Positions 36,401 to 47,714 of a stretch of 64,000 nt of DNA are shown here, piece after piece. The notes under the pieces are model-generated. The model searched no databases. It worked only from the letters and a program-made list of their open reading frames with translations, and had not been told where the DNA came from. Source of the stretch: Camelus dromedarius (lineage: Eukaryota); contig NC_087462.1 of assembly GCF_036321535.1 (NCBI RefSeq), positions 1,798,001 through 1,862,000 on the forward strand. Direction: 5' to 3'. Each line of letters starts with the position of its first letter. Within the stretch, counting starts at the first letter, position 1. Made by a program: the position numbers and the translations under genes.

Positions 36401-39400
36401 AGTGGTCCCTCGCTGTCCTCGTTTGCTTTGGTGCGTGACTGTCCAGTTTGGCCTAGAGGGACCCCTTCAAGGGGACGTCCGTGCCCTTGCAGTTCTTTGA
36501 GCACCTTCTGTTTGACAGCGGGTGCACCAGGCTTGCTTTGCCCTGGCCCGACCCTGGTAGGGTAGTTAGGGCCAAGGTCTGGGTGCAGAGGGCGATTGCT
36601 CCTAGGCCCCCTCAGCAGACGGGGGCCGGGAAACCCTTATCCGTGCGCACACGTCCGTGGTGCGTGCCACAGCCTTCTGCTTCCCCGCCCCGCGGGGTGG
36701 TGCCCCCTCATGTTTTCCTGCCCTCCCCAACGCTGAGAACCGGATCCCGGACGAGAGAGAGCGAGGGAGTGTCCCGGGGTCTTACGCCCGAGGAGGGGCG
36801 GTGCCGGTTCTGGCGCGAGGGCCGCTCTTCCTGGGCCGTTTCTCCACGCCAACTGGGCTGGGTCCACGGCTGAGCTTTGCTGATCGAGTCACAGGCACCC
36901 CTTTGTAGGGGCCTGCCGAGGCGGCCCACCTGAGGGGGACCCTCCGGGATGCCTCTGCCCCTCCCTCAGTTCCCGTGCCCCAGGGCCGAGCCAGATGGTG
37001 GGGGCTCCTGGTGGCCTGGCCTCCGTGGTCTGAGCAGGGGTTACGGTGGCCTTGCATATGTCTCCTCAGCTGTGAGGCCTGGGCCCCTGGAGGTTTTAGT
37101 CTGAGGGCAGTGCACCTGGGTCTCTGCATTTGGAGGACGGGCTGGTGGCCAGAGACCAGGTGGGAGGCCATCGCGGCAGTGCTGGCTGCAGGAGGGGGCG
37201 CGGGCTCTGCTCAGTAGGGGCTGGTGCTGCTCACCCAGAAAGGACACGAGGGGAGCCGGCAGCGCCTGGCAGACCACGCTTGTCCCAGGGTAGAGACTGT
37301 CCCCACAGTGGAGCTGGACGTAGCTTTGCCTCCCCAGGGGCGTCCTGATGGGAACAGCAGCAGATCTCCGCAGTGGGAGAGCCCTCGACATCTTCCCTTT
37401 GGGGTGTGGAGGAGGAAGTGAGCGGCCAGAGTCCCAGAGTGTGTGGGAGGCTGTACCCCGTGAGCTCCCACACCTCCCCCCCCACCTCGGCTGGACGGCC
37501 TGCTGGTCCTCTCAAAGCCCCGATTTCACTCCTGTAGGAGGGCTCCCTGAAGACTTTCTGAACTCACTGGAGAAGACAGAGGATGAGAAGTTGAAGGTAA
37601 CCCTCAAGTACCCGCACTATTTCCCCCTCCTGAAGAAGTGCCACGTGCCCGAGACAAGGAGGAAGGTGGAGGAGGCCTTCAACTGTCGGTGCAAGGAGGT
37701 GAGGGGCGCCTCGGGTCCCGTCTGCCTGAGAGCCCTGTGGCTCTGCCTGTGAGCGCTGGCGGCTCAGTGACTGGTGGGGCCCTGCCAGCTCGCTCTGCCC
37801 TCCCAGGTTTCTGTGCCTGTTTGCCCAGCCCCAGGGACCCTCTTCCCAGCTTGTCCTCCATCCCACCCCTTCGTGCCTTAGTTTCTCCGGTGGCAAGCTG
37901 GGATTTGCCGGCGTGCCCCTCTCTTCTTGTGCCTCCCGCATGAGGGCCGGCCTTCTAGCTGTGGCCCTGGGGAGAGCCTCGACGCTCAGCATGTGGCCAC
38001 TGTCTGCTTCTCCTTTTGAGCCTCAAACAGACGGGGCAGTGATTGAACCCCATCATCCTCCCCGAGGACACCAGTGGTGCTCCCATGACCTTGCGGGTGA
38101 CCTTGCAGGGGAGCACATGGGAAAGTCCTGTGTCCCTGCCTTCTTGGGGTGTAGACAGGCATGTCTGGCCTGCAGTGACCACGGGCTCCCAGGAGAAACC
38201 TCCATTGCAGAACTGGAGACCTGGCCCCAGAGAAGACGGCCACCTTTGGGGCTGGGACTTACCAGCTGCTGGCCGCCTGTAGAAGCGTCCAGGGAACAGG
38301 AGTTCGGGCTCCCTGGGGACGTGCTACTCTCTGTGGGGCAGCAGAGTTTGTGCTGTTGAGCCTGAGCCCGCAGATTCGCGGGCTGGTCTGCACTGGGTGG
38401 GGGCTGGTGTCTTCACATCCTCCTGGCCCCGGGCTTGCCCAGGGCAAAGCTTGAGGGTGGAGTTCTGGGATTGGGGATTTAGTGCCCCTTGCCTGGCTGG
38501 ACACTCTCAACTTCCCGGGTGTAGCTTGGTTTCCCACGGATGAACTGGGCTGGCAGGCATTCTGTTCTACTTTGAATAGGCCTGTTTCTCCTTGTAAACT
38601 AATCAGTCGGGTGTCGTCTGGTGTCTGTCCCACAAGCTTGGTTGGCTGGGTGAGCCCGGAGCCCCGTGGCTCTGCATGGTGCTGCTGCAGAACCTGGCAC
38701 ACTGCCCTCTGCGCTCGGCCTTGGAGCCCGGCACGGTTCACACCCTTTCTGCTTCCGAGAGGACCTGGGGCTTACAAAGACCACGTGTTACGACAACACC
38801 AAGTGCATGGAAATCCAGCCAAGGGGAGGGAGGCGGGGAACCGGGTGCAGCGGACAGCATCCCAGGTTCCGGACCATGTCCCCTAGCGGCCTGAGCCCCA
38901 CCCTGGCCTGCCCGCCGGGACTGGGTGGGAGAGGAGCCGCACGCGGGGAGGGCGTGGCCCGTGGCCCACCGCGCAGCATCTGTGGTTCCAGGAGAACTGT
39001 GCGATCCTCAGGGAGCTGGTGGCACTGCGTGCCCAGAAGTCCAGCCTGCTGGGGTTCAGCACGCACGCCGACTACGTGCTGGAGATGAACATGGCTAAAA
39101 GCAGCCAAGCGGTGGCCGCTTTCTTAGGTAACCCGCCTCCCTGGGTGCCTGAGAGCCTCACTCTGCCCGCCCGGGGTCCCAGTGTCTGTCCTGATCCTTT
39201 ATTTGGCTTCGAAGACACAGGGTGGGGGCCGCCGCAGGAGGTACCCTGACCTCTCCCCCCGCCCCCAGACGAGCTGGCCCAGAAGCTGAAGCCCCTCGGG
39301 GAGCAGGAGCGGGCCGTGATCCTGGAGCTGAAGAAGGCCGAGTGCTCCAAGCGGGGCCTGGACTTCGATGGGCGNNNNNNNNNNNNNNNNNNNNNNNNNN

Positions 39401-42400
39401 NNNNNNNNNNNNNNNNNNNNNNNNNNNNNNNNNNNNNNNNNNNNNNNNNNNNNNNNNNNNNNNNNNNNNNNNNNNNNNNNNNNNNNNNNNNNNNNNNNNN
39501 NNNNNNNNNNNNNNNNNNNNNNTTCCAGCTGGAGGACGGCGCCGCCGTCTGGCACGAGGACGTGACACTCTACACAGTCAGGGACTCGGCCTCGGGCCAG
39601 GTCATCGGGAAGTTCTACCTGGACCTCTACCCTCGGTGCGTGTGGGCCGGGCTGGGGTGTGTGGGCAGCTCTCTGTGGGGCGGTGGGGTGTGTAGGATCT
39701 GGGCAGGGCAGGCCAAAGCAGTTAATCGAGGGGCTGACCCGCCTCCCCCCAACCAGGGAAGGGAAGTATGGGCACGCGGCGTGCTTCGGCCTGCAGCCGG
39801 GCTGCCTGCGGCAGGATGGGACCCGGCAGATCGCCATCGCGGCCATGGTGGCCAACTTCACCAAGCCCACCACCGACGCACCCTCCCTGCTGCAGCATGA
39901 CGAGGTGGAGACCTACTTCCACGAGTTTGGGCATGTGATGCACCAGCTCTGCTCCCAGGTGGGTGTGCGGTGGAGGCCGGGGGGCAGTCTGCAGCGGGCC
40001 CCTCACTGTCGCATTCTTCATCCAGCGGCACCACGGACACGGTGACGCCCTCAGACCCCGCAGACTGTGCCGCATGAACAGCAGAAATGTGAGCTCATGG
40101 CCCTAGCGGCGGGAAGTCCGGGACCAGGCTGTCAGCAGGGCTAGTTAAACAAGTGTACGCTTTAAAAGTTTTCTTTTGAAAAAAAAAAAAAAAGGGAAAG
40201 GGCGAAAGGAATGTTGCCCCTGGGGCCCGATGACTGCCGGTGATGAGAACTGGAGGGAAGCTCTGGGTCCGGTGAGCGCCGAGCCCAGTGAGGAGGCTGC
40301 GGGGCTGCCACCCCCCTTGGTGGAGGTACTGGCCCCGCAAGTCCAGGTGATTCCCCCCATAGGCCCTCAGGGCAAAGGCAGACTCACCCTGGGATGCCTC
40401 GGCCCCCAGCCTGGCCTCCGGGGCATACCAGCTGCCCATCTGCCGTGCTCTGCCTTCTCGCCGTCAGGCAGTCCTTTCTCCTGAGAGCGGGGCTCTGATG
40501 GCTGCACAGGATTGCGTCAGGCACCTGACCAGGCTGTACGGCCATCACTACTGCCCGTCCTGGAACATCTCCATCGCCCCAGAAAGATCCTGCATGCCCC
40601 TTTGCAGTCACTCCCTCCTCCGCCTCCCCAGCCCCTGACAACCAGGCCCCTCCCTGTGTCTGTGGACTGGCCTGTTCTGGACGTCTCACATCCATGGACT
40701 CACACACTGTCCTTCTGTGTCTGCTTCTCTCACTGAGCATCGTGCTCTCAGGGTCTGTCCCCGTGCTAAGATTTTCTCCTGTTTTTTCCCCCTAGTTTTG
40801 TAGTTTTAGCTCTCCTTTTTGGTGTCCTCCATTATGATTGAGGGTAGGGGGTCACCCACTCGCAGACCAGCAGCAGCTCAGGGCAAGTCGGCTTGTGTCC
40901 ATCCGCTGGCTGGAGCCCTCGTGCCCCTCAGCCCCGTTCGCGCCCCCTCACCTCTTCCCACTTCTGCACCGTCAGCTCACGCATCCCTTCCCATTCCCAC
41001 AACACTCCTCTGCCAGCAACCCTCACGGCCCCTCGGTTCCCTCAGGTGTTTTTTTTTTTTTTTTTTTGTAATAACGTAGTCTTTTATTTTTAATTATTAT
41101 TTTTAATGGAGGTACCGGAGCTTGAACCCAGGACCTCGTGCATGCTAAACACATGCTCTGCCACTGAGCTATAACCTCCCTCCACCACAGGGCAGTCTTG
41201 ATACAGTTGATTTCATTGTTCGAGGCAGTTCTGTTCTCTAAAATCACTGAGAACACTGAGCGAGGGAGGACACGGGGACCGGGCTCCTGCGAGCCACTGT
41301 CACCACACTGTCACAGCCATTCCATCACAGTGTCATGTGATTGTTCACTTCTGTTTAAAGACACCTTTTCTGCTGTGAGTTGATTTCCTCACACTGAGCT
41401 CCTGGCTGGCAGGGCTGCAACTCTCGCCCAAACCAAGCTCATCTGACACTTGCATTTTCTCAGAGGACAGCATCGCCCTCCTGCACGGGGGACACTGGCC
41501 AGTTGGGCGGGGGGTGCATTTTAGATACAGAATCACCCACCAGAACAGAACCGGAAAGATCAGGGTGCTCAGGAGACTGAAAAGGACGCTTGTTTGCAGT
41601 GAGCTGGAACCAGAGGTGGGCGTCGAATGACCCTGGCGCCTCCCGACGGGGCGAGTTCACAGACACTCAGGCCTGGGGAGGACGCGCCAGGGGCGGCTCC
41701 TTGGCTGCAAGGCGGGGCTTCAGCTGCACCCCGGCGGTTATCCGGGAAGAACTGCCCAGGCACCGTCGTCCAGACTCCCGTCTCTGGGCCTTTTCCCTTG
41801 GGGGTGCAGGGCTTTCTGAGGGCATTGGCTGCGTGGGTGGGGTCACCACCGCCACATCCTGCCGCCGCAGCTCCGCCCCGCCCCCACAGGCAGAGTTCGC
41901 CATGTTCAGCGGGACGCATGTGGAGCGGGACTTTGTGGAGGCGCCTTCGCAGATGCTGGAGAACTGGGTGTGGGAGGCGGAGCCGCTGCTCCGGATGTCC
42001 CAGCACTACCGCACGGGCACTGCGCTCCCCCAGGAGCTGTTGGACAAGCTCATCAAGTCCCGGCAGGCCAACACCGGTGCGCAGCGCCCGCCCCCCGTCA
42101 CCCTGTGCCGCACCGCCCCCCCCTCACCCCGCACCCCAACGCGCTTGCCTTCCATCGTGCCGCGCCCGCACTGCACCCGCCCCGTGGCACCTGCCTCGCG
42201 TGGTACTGCCTCTCACCTGCACCCGCACCGCACCCGCGAGAGCTCTGAGTAGGGGACCAGGGTGGAGGAGACCCCGCAGCCCCTGGGCCTTCTGGGTCCC
42301 CAGTGCCCCCGCTCACCGCTGGCTCGTGCCCCTTCCTCCTGCTCAGGCCTCTTCAACCTGCGTCAGATCGTCCTGGCCAAAGTGGACCAGGCCCTGCACA

Positions 42401-43728
42401 CGCAGACGGCCGCAGACCCCGCCGAGGAGTACGCCCGCCTCTGCCAGGACATCCTTGGGGTTCCAGCCACGCCAGGTAGCTGCGCTCAAGCCGGGCCCAC
42501 CTTAGAGCACAGGGTCAGGAGGGTCTGCTGGTGATGCGTTAAGGGGGACCAATCTACAGGCTTCAGCCAAGGCCATAAGGAGGCACCCGACCTCTGGCCT
42601 CTTTCTGCTTTGGTTCCTGGGCGGGTTCCTCCAGCCCTGTGGTCTGGGGTCCGTGGTCGGGTCCCGGGGCAGGGGCGCCCTCCACAGGCGGCTTTGTGAA
42701 AAGCCCGGAAGCGGCAGAAGAGATGAGGGGTTTCGCACCTGACATAAAGGGGAGAGGAGGTTTGAACTAGCGCACGTCGGCACAGACACACAGTCTGATA
42801 AAGTAGGAAGCCTTGCAGTGGTTCACCCCTTCATGAGCTTCTAGAAAGTTCCTTCAGGAGCGTTGTAGCCAGCGCAGGCTCCTTGTTAAGGGCCATCCCC
42901 ACCTGCTCAGTGTGAGCAGCTGACCTGATGGGTGAGACACTTTGGGGTGAAGCTCCCTGGGCTTCAGCAGGAAGTGGGCAGAGCTTCACTTTCTGCGGCC
43001 ACATTCCCGCAAGGCAGGCAAGGCCCCTGGTCTCTAGATGTGTCGGGCCAGCTCCCTCTTCTGGTGGGGGGTCTGATGGGGCTGCTTTGAGGCCTCCTCC
43101 CTTGGGAAGGGGCCGCAACAAGAGCCTGTCCACGTCTGTCCCAGGGACCAACATGCCTGCGACCTTCGGCCACCTGGCGGGTGGCTACGACGCTCAGTAC
43201 TACGGCTACCTGTGGAGCGAGGTGTACTCCGCCGACATGTTCCACACACGCTTCAAACAGGAGGGCATCCTGAGCGGCAAGGTGGGAGGCCGGCCTGGAC
43301 CCAAGTGCCTGTGCAGCTGCGTGGGGCAGGGCACCCCTGGACCCTCCTGGGTGGGGGGCCACGCTGGCCAGGGCTCCAACCCCTGTGCAGGTGGAGGTCC
43401 CCTGAGGATTTGTGAAGGATGGGGTTCCTGCCTCACACGCTTGTGCGTCCCCCACCCCGCACATCCCCATTCTGGTGTCTGGGTGTGCTCCCCTCTCTGG
43501 ATGCTGCCCTGCCCCTTGGAGCGGGGGAGGGGACTCTGGGACCCTCCTCCAGCCCTGCCCCCGCCTCAGCAGGTCGGCATGGACTACAGAAGCTGCATTC
43601 TGAGACCCGGTGGCTCCGAGGATGCCAGTGTCATGTTGAAGCTCTTCCTAGGTCGCGACCCCAAGCAGGACGCCTTCCTACTGAGCAAAGGGCTGCAGGT
43701 TGAGGGCTGTGAGCCACCGGCCTGCTGA
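27137..43728 (+). CDS. THOP1: Thimet oligopeptidase (EC 3.4.24.15, M3 metallopeptidase), full CDS (687 aa)
   Basis: 13 exons: 27137-27152, 29908-30120, 32342-32490, 33241-33348, 34921-35023, 37538-37698, 38992-39127, 39269-39635, 39757-39958, 41890-42076, 42347-42475, 43145-43281, 43573-43728, total 2064 nt. HEFGH zinc motif at 39920-39934; [10 protein letters not shown] and YDAQYYGY motifs intact. Confidence 0.98.
28295..28490 (+). mobile_element. MER20 remnant in THOP1 intron 1
   Basis: ccccccagaggacacttggccatgtccggggacatctgtggtcatcatgactggg ... acagagaatgacctagcc. An antisense copy lies at about 29575-29785. Confidence 0.75.
29908..30120 (+). CDS. THOP1: THOP1 exon 2
   Basis: [32 protein letters not shown]...ADVEVSYT; 213 nt. 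Confidence 0.97.
31490..32030 (-). mobile_element. Old L1M fragment carrying the GC-shifted module (THOP1 intron 2)
   Basis: ccactatctaattttagaacatt followed by gacaaccaggagccccc...gttctggacgtctcacatccatgg and ggacatctgggttgtgtccac. Confidence 0.75.
32342..32490 (+). CDS. THOP1: THOP1 exon 3
   Basis: [50 protein letters not shown]; 149 nt. Confidence 0.97.
33241..33348 (+). CDS. THOP1: THOP1 exon 4 (followed by a GC donor)
   Basis: [36 protein letters not shown]|gcaagt; 108 nt. Confidence 0.95.
34921..35023 (+). CDS. THOP1: THOP1 exon 5
   Basis: [34 protein letters not shown]; 103 nt. Confidence 0.97.
37538..37698 (+). CDS. THOP1: THOP1 exon 6
   Basis: [54 protein letters not shown]; 161 nt. 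Confidence 0.97.
38992..39127 (+). CDS. THOP1: THOP1 exon 7
   Basis: [45 protein letters not shown]; 136 nt. Confidence 0.97.
39269..39635 (+). CDS. THOP1: THOP1 exon 8 (contains the assembly gap)
   Basis: [35 protein letters not shown][N x148][38 protein letters not shown]; 367 nt; reading frame preserved across the gap. Confidence 0.92.
39375..39522. other. Assembly gap, 148 N
   Basis: Run of N inside THOP1 exon 8. Confidence 0.99.
39757..39958 (+). CDS. THOP1: THOP1 exon 9 (HEXXH active site)
   Basis: [67 protein letters not shown]; 202 nt. Confidence 0.98.
40440..40770 (-). mobile_element. Old L1M 3' end carrying the GC-shifted module (THOP1 intron 9)
   Basis: cctggaacatctccatcgccccagaaag followed by gacaaccaggcccctccctgtgtctgtggactggcctgttctggacgtctcacatcc. 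Confidence 0.75.
41048..41182 (-). mobile_element. tRNA-Ala-derived SINE (vic-1-like) in THOP1 intron 9
   Basis: Reverse complement gggagggaggttatagctcagtggcagagcatgtgtttagcatgcacgaggtcctgggttcaag plus A-rich tail and poly-A. Confidence 0.85.
41890..42076 (+). CDS. THOP1: THOP1 exon 10
   Basis: [62 protein letters not shown]; 187 nt. Confidence 0.98.
42347..42475 (+). CDS. THOP1: THOP1 exon 11
   Basis: [43 protein letters not shown]; 129 nt. Confidence 0.97.
43145..43281 (+). CDS. THOP1: THOP1 exon 12
   Basis: [46 protein letters not shown]; 137 nt. Confidence 0.98.
43573..43728 (+). CDS. THOP1: THOP1 exon 13 (coding part)
   Basis: [51 protein letters not shown]; 156 nt. Confidence 0.97.
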   Translation, partial: VGMDYRSCILRPGGSEDASVMLKLFLGRDPKQDAFLLSKGLQVEGCEPPAC

Positions 43729-44022
43729 CGGCACAGGTTCTGCCCATCCCTGTGGGCTGGACCCGGCTCCCTGGCCCTGGTGCCTTAGCGCCCAGCCGGA
43801 AGCAGGGTGGGAAGTGGGGGCTTCCAGCCTGGTGATAGGTCGGGGGAGGGCTACATGTCCCGCTACTCTCCAAGGTACCCCCAGCAGCTACCCTGGGCTG
43901 AAAGGTCTCCGCCTGAGGTGTCTGGGGAGCCTTGTGTCCATTCAGGGCTCCTGTTTGTTGCACTAACGCGGCCCCTTCCCAGGGAGTTTTCCTAGTTAAG
44001 AAACAGTTCTTGAAATGCAGCC

Positions 44023-44028
44023 ATTAAA
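44023..44028 (+). terminator. THOP1: THOP1 proximal polyadenylation signal ATTAAA
   Basis: ATTAAA about 295 nt after the stop, followed by GT-rich sequence (ctggtctggtctctg). A possible distal ATTAAA lies at 45674-45679. Confidence 0.65.
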
Positions 44029-46587
44029 AAAAGACTTCTGGTCTGGTCTCTGACTCCCTTCTACCACAGGGGAGTGGCATGTTGGAGTGGTCTGGATGGT
44101 GACACGTTTGGGTCACCGGGAGACGGCTGAGCTGTGGAGGGAGTTCTTCCAGGCGGTGGAGACAGTGGTGCCAGCCCGCTAGGATTGCTCCCCAAGGTGC
44201 CTGTCTCCTGCCAGCCTCTCACCTGTCACTGTTCTGGAACCACCCCGCCTCGTCCTTGCAGTGCTGGCTGGTGCGGATGCCCTCAGGCCGCACTCCTCTC
44301 TTGAGCCTGGCATCCATCTTTGGGATTGTGACAGACGGGGTGTGGCCTTGATGAGTGGGTGCAGCTGAGGGAAGCCGGGCTGTGGCTTTCCTGCCCCTGG
44401 ACCTGCTCGCACGGCTGCGCCTGCCCTCCGCTCGCAGCTGGCTGGCTCCCTCTGGCTGTTGGCAGCCCGGTGAAGCCTGGACCACGGCAAGGGGCTGCCT
44501 TCTGGGTCCTGGTGATTCTGGAGGACGGCCTTGGTGGCATTGCCTGGCCCTGGTGGGAGTTAGGAAAGGGCTCTTCACTCAGGCAGGGGGGTGGGTGCCC
44601 GCTTCGCCTGGTCTGGGCCGTCTGTCCTGTGCTTCCTTCCCTGGACTTCCATCCTCTCCAGTCCTTCTCCCTGAGGCCCTGGCGGGCAGGCCGTGGGGCC
44701 CCCCGATTTCCCCTCTGCTGCTCCCTCACCCACCCCGTGCTGGCGGCTGTGGCCTGGGCTGTGGGGTCGGTCCCTCGCAGACCCGGCTCAGCTTCCTGCC
44801 CCAGTGTCTGCACCTTCTAAACAGGTGTTCCCAGCGGGGCTGTGGCCCAGAGCTGGGGGTTGGGCGGCCCATTGCCAGAAGAGCGTGCTGAAAGGCTGTG
44901 TTGATGCTGGAGTCACCCAGGGCTTGAACCACAACCAGCCTTCTGTCTGGCCACTTCCTGAGGTGGATGGGTGCTGGGGTCTGGGAGCCCTTGTCTTCTC
45001 CTGTACCGAGCCCCCAGATGGGTGCCATCTGGTCCCCGTGCAGAATCCAGATGTGGTATTGGCACCCCCAGCTGTGCTCCAGGCAGTCAGGGGGCTGCAG
45101 GCCTCAGGGTTGTGGGTCACATGGTTCCTGCGTGGGCAGTTCAGGTCTGCGAGGGTGAGTCCCGGCCCCAGTCTTCAGCCTTCTTTCCCCAGACTCCGGG
45201 CCCAGGGTCTAGTCAATGCCGGCTGGAGGTTTTTGCTTGCTCTCCACAGCTTCTGCCCTGGCATGAGCCCCAGATTCATGCTGAGCTCAGCTGTCTGGGG
45301 CCCAGACTTCCTGGCAGCTGGTTCCTGTGTGTCTTTGGTCATTGATGGACTTGAAGTAGGGGCCCAGCCTCTGGGGTGGGGACCCTGTGCCTCATGGAGA
45401 CTATTGCTCTCAGAGCACCAAGGAGGTGGCGGGGACAGCGGGCGCTGGGGTCCTGCTGGTGTACGTGGTCGCCAGGGTAACCAGAGCAGCCTCGTGCCGT
45501 GGGCTTGCAGTCTCACCAGAAAAACGAAATATGTCCAAGGAGACCCCAGGGGTCAGGAAGTCCCTGGCTTTTCTCTGTTGACTGTGAGCGACAGGCGGGC
45601 TCGGTTAGGCTTGGATGGACTCTACGAAGGTTCTTTACGTGGCCAAAGCGTCGGCCACAAGCATTTCCTTTTTATTAAAAAAAATTACTTCCCAAAGTGG
45701 CTGAAATTTTCTGGGAATAATACTTACAAAATGTAATGGAAAAGATAGAAAACTATGAGTAGAAAATAATTAGTTGCAGAAAAAAAGACCCAACAGATTT
45801 GTTAAAGAACTAATTTCCAAATGTTAGGTCCAGGTAAGTTTATGTTTTAGTTCTGAGGAAAAACCAACCCCGACTGCAGGTAAGTTGTTCCCTGTGGCAG
45901 TGGGAGAGGTCCAGATGACCAATTCTTTTCTAGTAATAATAATAGTTGTATTGTTATGTCATAGTAAATGCCACACACTAAGTTTAGCACTATTATTGGA
46001 CCAGGCTGGTTTAATTCTCCCAATAACCATGAGATGTATGCAGCCTATTTGATAAATTTGATGAATGAGGCTTAGTGATGCTCAGTACTTTGACCAGGGC
46101 AGTGCAACCGTGAGTGGAGAACCTAAGGTGTAAAACCAGTTCCAGACACCAGAGACCAAGCTCTCAGCACAGAGCCACACTCTCCCCATCAGAACCAAAT
46201 TCATCCAACCATCAGAGCCTTCTACCTGATGTTTATTCTACCCAAAAGCCCCTTGAAGACTAGATTCCCAGCCAAGGCTTTGAAGCAGGCAAGACAGAAC
46301 TCTGGAGAAAGGACCCTAATCCATTTTGCCCAAGCACCTGTTGGTCAGATGACAAAGTCACAATCAGAACATCACAGAAAACACCATCAAGTGCCAACAG
46401 GTCGTTAGCTGTAATGGGGGAAGCAGTGTCAACTTCTCTCCATTCTCTGGACACTTCATTTCTTCTCGAAGAGAAAACGTGTAGAGGGCTTGGGCTGCTG
46501 CATACACAGTGCTATATAGAGAGAGAGAAAGACAGAATCAGGGAAGAGAGAAAATGCATCACAGCTTAATCCAGTAGTAACAACAGT

Positions 46588-46912
46588 AATAAATAAATAT
46601 AATAAATACTCATGTAACTTATTAATAAACATTATTAAATGATTACATTTACCATATATATTAATTATGTTACCATCTTGTATTAAAAATATATTACTAA
46701 CCTATAATACATACATTTTTAATCTTTTCCTTTTTTTAGTCTTTTTAAATTTTTTTTCTATAATATATTAACTGTGGCAGTTTTATTTAATAGAATATTA
46801 TTAACAAGTATATTATTACTGATAACTAAGCACCATTAAAACAACTTTACTAAGTATACAATGACTTACACATTTATTAATTTGTTGATAGTAATTATTT
46901 TAATGGCAAATC
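46588..46912. repeat. AT-rich low-complexity tract
   Basis: Nearly G/C-free run (aataaataaatataataaat...) immediately upstream of the ZNF554 CpG island. A second tract lies at about 52765-52925. Confidence 0.8.
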
Positions 46913-46959
46913 TTTATGTCCCTGTCATCGTGCTAAACTTGCTGTGTTTTCTCTCTCAG

Positions 46960-47480
46960 TAAGGAGAGGCCGCGCGTGCGCTCGGAGCCCGGAGGGCGTG
47001 CTCCGCGGCAGGAGGCAGCTCAGTCCTGTGGAGACACCTCCCGCCCGGAGAGGGTGCTGTGACTTAACTCGCGGCCCCCTGGGGGGATAGGGACCCCAGC
47101 GCTGCGCCCGGGGCCTGCTGGGACTTGTAGTTCGCGGGCTCGCAGCGCGCAGGCGTACTGCCGAGCCCGTCCTGGCGCGCGTCCGGGGGCGGCGGCTGCG
47201 GCGTGAGTTAACGGGGGGCGCGGGCGGGCGGAATGGCTAGGGGCCCCCAGCACGCGCGGCACCGAGTGCCTCCGCCGTGGCGGGCCCCAGGGGGACCCGG
47301 CGGCACCTGAGCGCTGCGCTGTGCGTCCCCTGCGCTCACACCTGGGGCTGTGACGCCGTGACGCCGACCCAGCCCGGCCCGCGCACCGCGGCTCCCTGGC
47401 CCGCCGTGAGGGCGGTTAGGCGGGCGGGGGGCGGGGCGGGGTCCCGGCGGGCGGGGTGACCTGGGGTCTTCCCGTTGGGT
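46960..47480 (+). promoter_or_regulatory. ZNF554: ZNF554 CpG-island promoter
   Basis: ZNF143/THAP11 composite motif on the minus strand (AACTACAAGTCCCAGCAGGCC, 47132-47112); NRF1-like GCGCAGGCG at about 47147-47155. Confidence 0.8.
47130..47202 (+). other. ZNF554: ZNF554 exon 1 (no ATG; probably non-coding here)
   Basis: Donor GGC|GTGAGT at 47203 in the CpG island. The start is approximate. Confidence 0.65.
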
Positions 47481-47714
47481 TCGCTCCGTCACTCTGCAAG
47501 GGAGAGTCAGAGAGGTCGGGCAGCTTGCCGAAGGCCGCCCCGCACCCAGAATGGCAAAGTCTGAGCCCTGCCCTGCGAAAATGCCCCTGGGTGACAGGTC
47601 CGTGGGGCAGACTCTGCTGTGAAGTAAATAGAGCGCCCCGAGGCCGAACGTTACAGGGAAACGGAGTGAACCACGCCCAGCTCCCGAGTGTAGACTCACT
47701 CGGACGCTTGGGCT

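Noticed and set aside
41100-41182. tRNA-Ala(AGC)-like sequences in the SINE heads
   Set aside because: Stems are mismatched, each copy continues into a shared SINE body and A-rich tail, and some have TSDs. These are SINEs, not tRNA genes.
41627-42505. 292-aa + strand ORF overlapping THOP1 exons 10-11
   Set aside because: Alternative-frame read-through of GC-rich exons and introns, with low-complexity Arg/Pro/Ala content.
43700-43728. C-terminal Cys of THOP1 (EPPAC*) as a prenylation signal
   Set aside because: The Cys is terminal, so this is not a CaaX, CC or CXC motif.
44693-45736. Longest unexplained ORF (347 aa, +) downstream of THOP1
   Set aside because: GTG start, no recognisable domain or splice structure, and Pro/Gly/Trp/Leu-rich composition typical of chance ORFs in GC-rich DNA. 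It lies in probable extended 3'UTR or intergenic sequence. PhyloCSF or Ribo-seq evidence would be needed to reopen it.
47071-47086. CTCF-like GCGGCCCCCTGGGGGG near the ZNF554 promoter
   Set aside because: Two core mismatches, and such matches are expected by chance in a CpG island.
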